Below are positions 36,113 through 44,761 of a stretch of 64,000 nucleotides of DNA, piece by piece (position 1 is the stretch's first letter; every line of letters begins with the position of its first letter). This DNA comes from an uncultured Chloroflexia bacterium (GTDB lineage: Bacteria > Chloroflexota > Limnocylindria > Limnocylindrales > CSP1-4), in NCBI GenBank assembly GCA_963748625.1, contig CAVVJT010000002.1:96001-160000 (forward strand), written 5' to 3'. The translations under genes were made by a program, and so were the position numbers. Below the pieces are notes generated by a model. It did not search any database, had not been told where the DNA came from, and saw nothing but the letters and a program-made list of their open reading frames with translations.

Positions 36113-36772
36113 GTGAACATCCGCAGGACCGTCTCGCTCGCCCTCGTCGGCGCCGCCCTTGTCACCGCCACCGCCGTTCCGGCCGTGTCGGCCGCGACGC
36201 CCGTCGACGGCCCGGCCGGCTCCGTTCTCGACGTCCTCGAGGCCGACGGCACCGCGTTCGACTCGAACTGGTACGACTACGACATCCTCGAGGCGGCAGC
36301 CCGAGCGGTCGTTGATGCCAAGGGTGTCGGCGGCACCACTGTTGCTGCTCTCGCGAACCCCGATTTCGCAGGGACTGTCTTCGCCCCCAACGACCGTGCG
36401 TTCCAGGTCCTGGCTCGTGAGTTGACGGGCAAGTGGTACGGCACCGAGGCCGGCGTGGTGAACGGCATCGTCACCGCGCTCGGCGCGGGCGCAATCGACA
36501 CCCTCGAGAATGTCCTGCTCTACCACGTCGTGGGCGGCAAGACGACCTTCGCCCAGGCGAAGGCCCTCAGCGGCGAGTCCGTGCCCACGGTCCTCGGCCC
36601 CACGATCAAGCTCAAGTACTACGGCTGGATCAACACGCTGGTCCTCGCCGACAAGGACACCAACGACCTCAACCCGTGGGTCGTGAACAGCAAGCGCAAC
36701 ATCGAGACCTCGAACGGCAAGAGCATCATCCACGGCATCTCCCTGGTGCTCCGCCCGGCCGACCTGCCCTGA
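36113..36772 (+). CDS. Secreted fasciclin (FAS1) domain protein
   Basis: Signal peptide; H1 TVFAPNDRAF, LLYHVV, H2 IIHGISLVL; AGGAG RBS. Confidence 0.9.
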   Translation: MNIRRTVSLALVGAALVTATAVPAVSAATPVDGPAGSVLDVLEADGTAFDSNWYDYDILEAAARAVVDAKGVGGTTVAALANPDFAGTVFAPNDRAFQVLARELTGKWYGTEAGVVNGIVTALGAGAIDTLENVLLYHVVGGKTTFAQAKALSGESVPTVLGPTIKLKYYGWINTLVLADKDTNDLNPWVVNSKRNIETSNGKSIIHGISLVLRPADLP

Positions 36773-36813
36773 CCTCCCGCGGGCGTGTCCCCGCCCGCCT
36801 TCAGCGTCCCGCG

Positions 36814-36841
36814 ACGGGGCCGGCCACCAGGCCGGCCCCGT
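36814..36841 (+). terminator. Intrinsic terminator-like hairpin after the fasciclin gene
   Basis: ACGGGGCCGGCC-acca-GGCCGGCCCCGT, 12-bp stem followed by TCTCCTGT. Confidence 0.7.
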
Positions 36842-36953
36842 TCTCCTGTCCGCAGGTTGTCCACGCCGTCCGGCACCCGGCCCGGGAGCCCGATTAAGCC
36901 GCGCATGAGTGGGGATTGGGTCCGCGGTGAGTGGCCCTCGTCACGCTCGGGCC

Positions 36954-37652
36954 ATGAACGATCGAGACAGGCGACGAGCCAAGCGCCAGCGCAAGGCCGG
37001 CAAGGACTACACGACGGTAGACCTGGGCAACGGTGTCCAGCAGGCACGGCCCGACGAGGTGCTGCGGGCCATGGGCGGCCTGCCACCCGACCTCGACTGG
37101 GAGACCCTGGCGCCCAACGTGATTCCCATCCTCCCCAGGCGGCGGCCGCTGCCTCCGTCGGCAGGCGCCCCGTTCCGGGTCACGCTGCCGCCCGGCATCC
37201 CGACGGGCTTCGGCATCGACATCGGGCCCGCGTTCCTCGTGGTCGGCGAGTCGCTGCTCGACGGGTGGTCCGTTGAGGGCGTGGATCTGGTTGCCACGGC
37301 CCTCGAGAACCTCCGCGACCGCGTCCACGGCCTGCGGCCCCGCGACCTCCACCGGGACCGGATCGACGGCGTCCCCGTGCGCATCCTGCAGTCAGGGCTG
37401 GGCTGTGCCTCGGCGCTCATCCTGCTCCCCGACGAGCTCGGGCGCCTGTTCGGGCGCGAGCCCCAGCTGCTCGTGGCGCCCATGCGCGACCTGCTCATCT
37501 CGCTGCCGGCTGACGTGGACCGCGCCTTCGCGGCCTGGCTCAACGACGAGTTCGCGCAGATGGACCCCAACGGGCTCGCGCTCGACGCCTTCGCGTTCGA
37601 CGGTGCCGAGGTGCGCTACGAGCCCTTCGGGCCGCCGTCCACCGTCCACTGA
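36954..37652 (+). CDS. Hypothetical protein (possibly DUF1444-like)
   Basis: Coherent ORF; TALENL, ASALILLP and LVAPMRDLL resemble DUF1444-type motifs (weak). Confidence 0.6.
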   Translation: MNDRDRRRAKRQRKAGKDYTTVDLGNGVQQARPDEVLRAMGGLPPDLDWETLAPNVIPILPRRRPLPPSAGAPFRVTLPPGIPTGFGIDIGPAFLVVGESLLDGWSVEGVDLVATALENLRDRVHGLRPRDLHRDRIDGVPVRILQSGLGCASALILLPDELGRLFGREPQLLVAPMRDLLISLPADVDRAFAAWLNDEFAQMDPNGLALDAFAFDGAEVRYEPFGPPSTVH

Positions 37653-37728
37653 CCACCCCGCGCTCCCTGACCGCCTCCCGTGCCCTGCGGGGCGCTACCC
37701 TGCGACGAACGGGAGGCGGAGGGCGTCG

Positions 37729-38367
37729 ATGACGGGAACGGGCACGGGCCGGGGCCGGCCGCTGCGGTACGAGGGCTACCGGTCCTGGGGCTGGCTGGAG
37801 CCCGGCCGGGACGTCCGGGCCTTCGACCTGGCGTCGGAGACTGCGCGGGTGCCGCCGTTCATCGTCGAGGTCAGCGGGGCCCAGGAGGCCCGCGCCTGGA
37901 ACCTCCTCGCCGCGCATCCCGCCATCTCGCTGCACGACCACCTGGAGGTGGCGCCCGACGACATCCGCCTCCAGGACGAGTGGGTCCGCGATGGGCATCC
38001 GGCCACCGGCTACGAGGGGCTGGCGCGATCCGGCCTGGCGGCCGTGTTCGAGAACTTCGGGGACGGCAGCGCCACCATGCGCCACTTCGAGTACTGCGTG
38101 GACCTCGTGGGCATCGATGCGGTGACGTTCGGGCCGGACACGTTCTTCGGCGATCACGCGGGCTCGTACGGGATCCCGTCGGGTGCCCTGCTCGCGTCGG
38201 GCGACTCGGACTACGACGCCATCGTGCCCGAGTATGTCGTGGGGCTGGAGAACCCCGGTGACTACCCGAACATCGTCCGCTGGCTCGTGAAGCACGGGTA
38301 CAGTGAAACGGAGATCTCCAAGGTCATCGGTGGCAACACCCTGCGGGTGCTCGAGGAGGCGTGGTGA
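37729..38367 (+). pseudogene. Membrane dipeptidase (peptidase M19) with apparent large in-frame internal deletion
   Basis: Has the N-terminal ISLHDH and the C-terminal HFEYCVDLVGID...FGPD...GLENP...KVIGGN, but only 212 aa; the middle of the TIM barrel is missing. Confidence 0.68.
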
Positions 38368-40535
38368 TCGCGGGCTCGCACCCCCAGGTTCCGGGGTGGC
38401 TCACCCGATCCGCGGCGGTCGGCTGGCGGATCGGCGCGCTCGCCGGCGTCGTCATCGTTGCGGGCGCAGTCGCGTACGCGGTGCCGGTGTCCACGACGGC
38501 CACGCTGGTGTCGCTCGTCATGGCCGCCGCCCTTGCGCCGACGACCCTGCGCCTGCGGCGGGCTGGACGCTCGCCCGCGGTCGCGGCCGCCGTGTCGTTC
38601 GGGGCTGGCGCCGCACTCGTCCTGGGCGCGGTCGCGTTGCTCGCCCTGGTGCTGGTGCCTGACCTGCTCGCCGTGACGGCGGCCGTGGAGCAGGGTCTCC
38701 AGACCGTGGGCGACCGGCTTGCCGAGGGCAATACGCCCGACGTGCTCGTGGACGTCCTGGCGGCCATCGGGGCGTCCCTGGGCGCCGCGTTCGAGCCCGA
38801 CCTCGGTGCCCTCGTGGGCACGGCGGCGAGCGTGATCACGGTGCTCGTGCTCGGGACCTTCCTGACCTACTTCCTGCTCGCCGACGGCGATCGGGGCTGG
38901 CGGTGGGCCACCTCCTTCGTGCCCGCCGACCGTGCCTCGGACCTGACCACGGCGGCCGGGGACGGCCTCAACCGGGTGGCCGCCTACGTGCGGCGGACCG
39001 CGGTCCTGGCCGTGCTCGACGGGGTGGTGGTCTGGGTGATCCTCGTGCTCGTGGGCGTCCCGCTCGCCGGCGCCCTCGCCGCGGTCGCGTTCCTGGCCGG
39101 GTTCGTGCCGTACATCGGCGCCGTGGTGGGCGGGGCCACGGTGATCCTGGCCGCGCTCGCCCTGGGCGGCTTCGGCCCGGCGCTCGCGGTAGCCGCGGGC
39201 CTCGTCCTCTCGTGGGTCGTGGGGACCCGGCTGCTCGAGCGCACCTCGATGAGCCGGGCCGTGGACGTGAACCCGGTGCTCGTGCTCGTGGCGCTGCCCG
39301 CCGGGATCGCGCTGTTCGGGGTGCTCGGCCTCCTGGCGCTGCTCCCGACCACCGTCTTCGTGCTGGCGGTCGCGCGCTCGGTCGTGGCCGCCATCGACCT
39401 GGCCCCGGCCGACACGATCAGCGCGGACTCCGCAGGACGCGAGAACGCGATTCCGCGCTGGCTCGACCGCCTGGCCCAGTGGTCATGGCGGCTGCTGGTG
39501 CTCGTCGGCCTCGGCTGGCTGGCGATCGCCGCGGTGGAGCGGGTGGCGTTCGTGGTGGTCCCGGCGATCATCGCCATCGTCGGCACGGCGACGCTCCTGG
39601 GAGCCGTGGACCGGCTCGCTGCCGGCGGACGGATGTCACGCGGTGTGGCAACCGTGTTTGCCAGCGCCGTCGTGCTCGGGTTCATCCTGCTGGTCGTCGG
39701 GGCCGCCATCGCGATGAGCCTGGGGCCGCTGCGCGAGGTTGCGGCCACGGCCGCCGAGGGCGCCGCAGATCTCGGCCTCATCGTGCTGCGCAACGCCGTC
39801 GTGGATCTGCTGGCCGGGCTGGAGGTGGGCGCGCTGCGCCTGGCCGCGAGCGCCGCGGGGCTCCTCCTCGGGACGGTCCTGTCCGCGCTGCTGACGTTCT
39901 TCCTGCTACGGGACGGGCGGACCTGGTGGCGGAGATCCCTGTCCCGCGTCGCCGGGCCCAGGCGGGCGCCACTCGCGACAGCGGGCCGCCTCGCAGTAAC
40001 CCGGATGGGCGGTTACATGAAGGGGACGGCGATCATCTCCGCGTTCGGCGCGATTACCAGCGGCCTGATGATGGTGTTCCTGGGCCTGCCGCTGGCGCTG
40101 CCGATCACCGTGTTCGGCTTCCTCGCAGGCTTCATCCCGTACGTCGGGAACCTCCTGACAACGGCGATCGCACTGCTCGTCGCAATCGCCGTGGGCACCA
40201 CCAGCGACATCGTCGTGATGCTGGTCTTCACCGTCGTGTTCAACATTGCGCAGGGGAACTTCGTCACCCCGCTCGTCTACGGAAAGAGCCTGGCCCTGCA
40301 CCCGGCGGTCGTGCTGATGGCCATCCCGGTGGGCAGCGAGATCGCCGGAATCCTGGGCATGTTCCTCGTGGTGCCGCTGGCCGCCATCGTGGCTGCGACG
40401 TGGCGCCTGGTGCTCGCCGCGATCGATCCGCCGGTCCCCGCGATCAGTGCGCCGCTTCCCCTGCCCGACGGCCCCTCGAACGGTGGCCCGGACCCAGTTG
40501 GCGCGTCTCGCTTGGGGGGTGGCCCGGGCGCCTGA
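38364..40535 (+). CDS. AI-2E family transporter with two tandem AI-2E domains
   Basis: Repeated starts VPGWLTRSAAVGWR and IPRWLDRLAQWSWR; two FL(A)GF(V/I)PY(I/V)G motifs; two (N/H)PxxVL motifs. Confidence 0.87.
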   Translation: MIAGSHPQVPGWLTRSAAVGWRIGALAGVVIVAGAVAYAVPVSTTATLVSLVMAAALAPTTLRLRRAGRSPAVAAAVSFGAGAALVLGAVALLALVLVPDLLAVTAAVEQGLQTVGDRLAEGNTPDVLVDVLAAIGASLGAAFEPDLGALVGTAASVITVLVLGTFLTYFLLADGDRGWRWATSFVPADRASDLTTAAGDGLNRVAAYVRRTAVLAVLDGVVVWVILVLVGVPLAGALAAVAFLAGFVPYIGAVVGGATVILAALALGGFGPALAVAAGLVLSWVVGTRLLERTSMSRAVDVNPVLVLVALPAGIALFGVLGLLALLPTTVFVLAVARSVVAAIDLAPADTISADSAGRENAIPRWLDRLAQWSWRLLVLVGLGWLAIAAVERVAFVVVPAIIAIVGTATLLGAVDRLAAGGRMSRGVATVFASAVVLGFILLVVGAAIAMSLGPLREVAATAAEGAADLGLIVLRNAVVDLLAGLEVGALRLAASAAGLLLGTVLSALLTFFLLRDGRTWWRRSLSRVAGPRRAPLATAGRLAVTRMGGYMKGTAIISAFGAITSGLMMVFLGLPLALPITVFGFLAGFIPYVGNLLTTAIALLVAIAVGTTSDIVVMLVFTVVFNIAQGNFVTPLVYGKSLALHPAVVLMAIPVGSEIAGILGMFLVVPLAAIVAATWRLVLAAIDPPVPAISAPLPLPDGPSNGGPDPVGASRLGGGPGA

Positions 40536-40611
40536 AAGGACCGACACTGGGGGGCGACGGGTGCCCGTGACCGATGTCCGGGCCCGTCTCTGCGGGAGGC
40601 TACCGCTCGCC

Positions 40612-41613
40612 ATGCTCAACGGCCTGATCCTGTTCGCCGGCATCGTCATCCTGATCGCCAGCCTTGCCTACGGCCTCGTGCTCCCGATCGCCCGATCGGC
40701 TGCCGACGTGCGAAGCGGCTCCCGCAATGTGAGCCCGGGAGCCGGGCCGGGCAAGAAGCACCTCGCGGGCACGGTGGCAGGCTCGATCGTGGGCGCCGTG
40801 CTGATCACGATCGGCATCGCGGGCCCATTCGTCGAGGTCCCCGCGGGCAACGTGGGCGTCGTCATGAACTTCGGCTCGGTCCAGGAGGGGACGCTGCAGC
40901 CGGGCCTCCACATCGTCACCCCGATCGTGCAGTCGGTCGCGCTGGTGGACACCCGCGTGCAGCCGCACCAGTTCCAGGAGATCGACGCGGCATCCAGCGA
41001 GTATCAGACGGTCAAGCTGACCGGCACGATGAACTATCACGTGGACGGCCAGTTCGCGTCCGACCTCTACCAGCGGGTGGGCACGGAGTTCGCCTCGCGC
41101 GTCATCGACCCGGCCTTCAACGACTACATCAAGACCGTCGTGCCGCGCTATGCGGTGGACGACATCCTGGGCAAGCGCGATGAGATCCGCATCCAGGCGA
41201 AGAGCGCCCTGTCCGAGAACCTCGCCCAGTACCACATCATCGTGGACGACATCTACATCGCGAACATCTCGTTCTCGCCCGAGTTCCAGGCGGCCATCGA
41301 GAGCAAGCAGGTGGCCCAGCAGCAGGTCCAGACCGAGCAGCAGGTCCTCGCCCAGAAGCAGATCCAGGCGCAGCAGGCGGTCGTGGCCGCCCAGGGCCAG
41401 GCGGACTCGCAGGTCATCGTCGCGAAGGGCCAGGCCGAGTCGAACCGCCAGCTGGCAGCCTCGCTGTCGGATCCGGTCCTCCAGTACCAGTTGATCAACA
41501 AGCTGAGCGACAAGATCAACGTGATGCTGGTCCCGTCGGGCAACGGGTTCATCCTCGACCTCAAGAGCCTGACCGGCCAGACGTCCACGCCGAGCCCGTC
41601 CGCCGCCCCGTGA
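40612..41613 (+). CDS. SPFH/prohibitin-family membrane protein
   Basis: VPAGNVGVVMNFG, PGLH, FSPEFQAAIESKQVAQQ, AQGQA coiled-coil repeats. Confidence 0.92.
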   Translation: MLNGLILFAGIVILIASLAYGLVLPIARSAADVRSGSRNVSPGAGPGKKHLAGTVAGSIVGAVLITIGIAGPFVEVPAGNVGVVMNFGSVQEGTLQPGLHIVTPIVQSVALVDTRVQPHQFQEIDAASSEYQTVKLTGTMNYHVDGQFASDLYQRVGTEFASRVIDPAFNDYIKTVVPRYAVDDILGKRDEIRIQAKSALSENLAQYHIIVDDIYIANISFSPEFQAAIESKQVAQQQVQTEQQVLAQKQIQAQQAVVAAQGQADSQVIVAKGQAESNRQLAASLSDPVLQYQLINKLSDKINVMLVPSGNGFILDLKSLTGQTSTPSPSAAP

Positions 41614-41620
41614 CGGCCGG

Positions 41621-43030
41621 GTGACGCCACCGCCGACGCCGCCCGGGCCGGCCCCCGCAAACCCCGAGCCCAGGCCCCGACGCCTGGGCTCGCTGCTGGT
41701 CGATCCCGCTCCACTCCGCCTCGATCGCGACTTCCGCAACCTCTGGCTGGGCCAGGCAGTCTCCACCGCGGGCCGGATGATCACGTTCGTGGTGCTGCCG
41801 TACCAGGTGTACGTGCTCACTGACTCGTTGGTGGCCGTGGGGGCGCTGTCGATCGTGCAGCTCGTGCCCATCCTGGTCTTCGCGCTCGGCGCCGGGTCCC
41901 TGGCAGACGCGGTTGACCGGCGGCGCCTGCTGCTCGTCACCCAGGTCTCGCTGGCCCTGACCACGCTTGCGCTCGCGCTGGTCGCCCTGATGCCGGACCC
42001 GTCGCTGTGGGCGATCTACGGGCTTGCGGCGGTCTCGGCGGCACTCTCCGCCGTGGACCAGCCCGCGCGGTCCGCGGCGATCCCGCGGCTCGTCCCTCCT
42101 GAACGGCTCCAGAGCGCCATCGCGCTCAACCAGGTGATGTTCAACGCGGGTGCGGTCGTCGGGCCGGCGATCGGCGGGGTGATCCTGGCGGTGGCGGGCG
42201 TCGCGGCGGCCTATCTCGTGGACGCGGTGACCTACCTTGCTGCGATCGCGGCGCTGCTTGTCATCTCGCCGATCCCGCCGGCTCCCGGGGCCGTGCGGCC
42301 AAGCCTCCACGCGGTGGCCGAAGGGCTCCGGTTCGCCCGCCGCCGCCGGCCTGTGCTGGGGACCTTCGTTGTGGACCTGGTCGCGATGGTGTTCGGATCG
42401 CCCCGGTCGCTCTTCCCGGCGATGGCGCTCGACGTGTTCATGGTGGGGGCCGCCGGGGTGGGGATCATGTCGTCGGCGGTGGCGTTCGGCGCGGTTGTGG
42501 CCTCGTTCCTCACCGGCTGGACGACGGGGATCCGGCGGCCGGGCCGCGCGGTGCTGATCGCTGTGGCGGTCTGGGGGATCGGGATCATCGGCTTCGGCCT
42601 CGCCACGTTCAGCTTCCCGCTGGCGCTGCTGTGCCTGGCGGTGGCCTCCGGGGCCGACGTGATCTCCGCGGTGCTCCGGTCGTACATCGTGCAGACGCTC
42701 ACGCCCGATGCCCTCCGGGGCCGGGTATCGGCGATCCACATCCTGGTGGTGACCGGTGGTCCGCGGATCGGGGACGCGGAGGCGGCGGCGGTCGCGGCGG
42801 TCACGTCGCCGGCCGTGTCGGTGGTGGCGGGCGGGGTGCTGACGCTCGTCGGGCTGGGGGTGATCGCGGTGGCGATGCCAGAGTTCGGGCGGCTCGACAT
42901 GCGCGATGAGCTGGAACGGATCGATGTGGACGAGGCGGTCGACGCGGGCGAGATGGTCGAGGCGGTCGACGCGGGCGAGATGGTCGAGGCGGTTGACGCG
43001 GTCGACGCAGCGGCGGTCGGCCCGCCCTGA
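41621..43030 (+). CDS. MFS transporter (EntS/MFS_3-like)
   Basis: RDFRNLWLGQ, GSLADAVDRRR, PDALRGRVS, GGPRIGD; about 12 TM. Confidence 0.9.
   Translation: MTPPPTPPGPAPANPEPRPRRLGSLLVDPAPLRLDRDFRNLWLGQAVSTAGRMITFVVLPYQVYVLTDSLVAVGALSIVQLVPILVFALGAGSLADAVDRRRLLLVTQVSLALTTLALALVALMPDPSLWAIYGLAAVSAALSAVDQPARSAAIPRLVPPERLQSAIALNQVMFNAGAVVGPAIGGVILAVAGVAAAYLVDAVTYLAAIAALLVISPIPPAPGAVRPSLHAVAEGLRFARRRRPVLGTFVVDLVAMVFGSPRSLFPAMALDVFMVGAAGVGIMSSAVAFGAVVASFLTGWTTGIRRPGRAVLIAVAVWGIGIIGFGLATFSFPLALLCLAVASGADVISAVLRSYIVQTLTPDALRGRVSAIHILVVTGGPRIGDAEAAAVAAVTSPAVSVVAGGVLTLVGLGVIAVAMPEFGRLDMRDELERIDVDEAVDAGEMVEAVDAGEMVEAVDAVDAAAVGPP
42931..43001 (+). repeat. 27-bp in-frame tandem repeat (EAVDAGEMV) x2.6 in the MFS C-terminus
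   Basis: CGAGGCGGTCGACGCGGGCGAGATGGT at 42931 and 42958, partial copy at 42985. Confidence 0.9.
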
Positions 43031-43074
43031 GGCGGCGGTCGGCCCGCCCTGAGGCGGCGGTCGGCCCGCCCTGA
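43010..43074 (+). repeat. 22-bp-period tandem repeat GCGGCGGTCGGCCCGCCCTGA x3 spanning the MFS stop codon
   Basis: Copies at 43010, 43032 and 43054. Confidence 0.92.
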
Positions 43075-43086
43075 CGCGGCGGCCGT

Positions 43087-43290
43087 CCCTCGCCCGCCAA
43101 AGGCGGATTCCATCCGCACAAGGATCACTTGGCGGATCCATCGGCGCAGGGATCGGATCGGGGCAGTCCGTGCAGGGCTCGGGCCACGGACTTGAGGTTC
43201 GGTGCGTGACCCACGCAGACCGGGGGCGATTCTCACCACGGGGATTGTTGGCCAATTCCATCCGCGCAGGGATGGAATCCGGGGCGAGGG
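43087..43290. repeat. REP/REPIN-like palindromic element
   Basis: Three related TCCATC..GGAT units; the ends form an interrupted inverted repeat; perfect hairpin ATTCCATCC/GGATGGAAT at 43255-43278. Confidence 0.6.
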
Positions 43291-43371
43291 AGCACGGGCA
43301 TGCCAACCCGCGACCTTGCCCGACCTGACCCGGCCCGGCCCAGCCTAGCCCGGCGACCCTGCGCGCCGGCC

Positions 43372-44661
43372 TCAGACTCCCGGATCCTCGAGCACGTCGG
43401 CGAACATCCCGTCCGCATCGAAGGCGATCTCGTGCAGTGGCTCCACGATCTCGCAGCGCCCCGTGGCGAGCACCTCGGACAGGGCCGCCTCGGACACCAG
43501 GACCACGCCGAGGTCCTTCGTGCTGCGCACCCGCAGGATTCGGGCCGTCGGCGCCTCGACCCGCACGCTGGCGGCGATCGCCACCGCGAGGGCCTCGCGA
43601 TCCGAGTCGAGCGTGATCGGAATGCGGCCACCCTCGGGCGTCTTGGCGGTGATCTCGTTCATGTAGGTCTTGCGGGCATCCATCGCGTCCACGGCCCGGC
43701 GCAGCGCGACGTCGGCAACGCCGATGCCGCAGGCATTGCCCTCGGTGGCGTCGGTCAGGCCGCGCACGACGATCCGCCCGATCGCGGGTCCACCGGGCCG
43801 CGCACCGTCGTGACCGCGCCCGACGACGTTGGGATCCATGCCCACGCCGCTGACGTCCTTGCCGATCTCGTCCACGACGAGCACGTCGCAGGAGGTGACC
43901 GGGAGGCGGGCCATCAGGGCGCGGGCCCGGGCCAGGAGCTCCACCTCGCGCTGCAGGATCTGCTCGGCCGGAACGGCCTCGATGTGGGCCAGGTGCGCGG
44001 AGCCGTCCTCCACGAGCGCCAGCCCGAAGCGGATCGGCGCGTGCGCGATCGTGTGCCGGGCGACCGCCGGGATCAGCTCGCCGAAGCGGGCATAGCCCTG
44101 GCGGTGGAACACGTCGGCGCCCTTCTGCTTGCCAAGGCCGATGGCGATCATCTTCTGGAGGCCGCTCTCGGTGGGCGCCGTGAAGCCCGTGTGGGGCTTG
44201 ATGCGATTGAGCGGGATGATCAGGTCCGCGGCGGCGGCGTTCCGGTCCAGGAACACGGGGACGCCAGGCTCCACCTCGCCCAGCTCGACGGTGTCCATCG
44301 AGGCGAGGATCTCGCACCCCATGGTCTCGGGGGTGATGCCGTACCCGGCGAGGACGGCGAGCTGGCCCGCGGCGGTCGCGCCGCCGTGGCTGCCCATCGC
44401 GGGCACGATGAAGGGGGAGGCGCCCCGCTCGGCGATCCGCTGCACGACTGCCTTCGTGACCTCCGCGATACGGTCGATCCCGCGGCTCCCGCCGGTGATG
44501 CACACGCGCATCCCGGGTTCGACGCGGTCCATGACGGGCTCCAGCGCCGCCCGGACGGCGGCAGCGGCATCGTCGATCGAGGTGCCCTCCATCCGCTGCC
44601 GGACGAGGGCCCAGCGGGGGAAGGCCGGGGGGATGAACTCCGGGAGGAGCGGCTCGTGCAT
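43372..44661 (-). CDS. LarA-N-like / DUF362-related protein
   Basis: GSRGI, PAMGSHGGATA, NRIKPHT, ESGLQKMIAIGLGK, GKDVSGVGMDPNVVGR. Confidence 0.75.
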   Translation of the reverse strand: MHEPLLPEFIPPAFPRWALVRQRMEGTSIDDAAAAVRAALEPVMDRVEPGMRVCITGGSRGIDRIAEVTKAVVQRIAERGASPFIVPAMGSHGGATAAGQLAVLAGYGITPETMGCEILASMDTVELGEVEPGVPVFLDRNAAAADLIIPLNRIKPHTGFTAPTESGLQKMIAIGLGKQKGADVFHRQGYARFGELIPAVARHTIAHAPIRFGLALVEDGSAHLAHIEAVPAEQILQREVELLARARALMARLPVTSCDVLVVDEIGKDVSGVGMDPNVVGRGHDGARPGGPAIGRIVVRGLTDATEGNACGIGVADVALRRAVDAMDARKTYMNEITAKTPEGGRIPITLDSDREALAVAIAASVRVEAPTARILRVRSTKDLGVVLVSEAALSEVLATGRCEIVEPLHEIAFDADGMFADVLEDPGV

Positions 44662-44761
44662 GCCGCGATCATGCCGGATTGGCGCAACTGGCCGATGAAC
44701 GGCCGCGCCGGGGCCGCTAGACTCCCGCAATCGAGGGGCCGAACACATCAGGGAGAGGTGG

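Noticed and set aside
42931-43290. Possible CRISPR array
   Set aside because: The repeats are head-to-tail or inverted, with no unique spacers of regular length and no cas genes.
41561-44503. 980-aa minus-strand ORF and many other long Arg/Pro/Gly-rich ORFs
   Set aside because: These are shadow frames typical of high-GC DNA. They overlap well-supported genes and carry no motifs.
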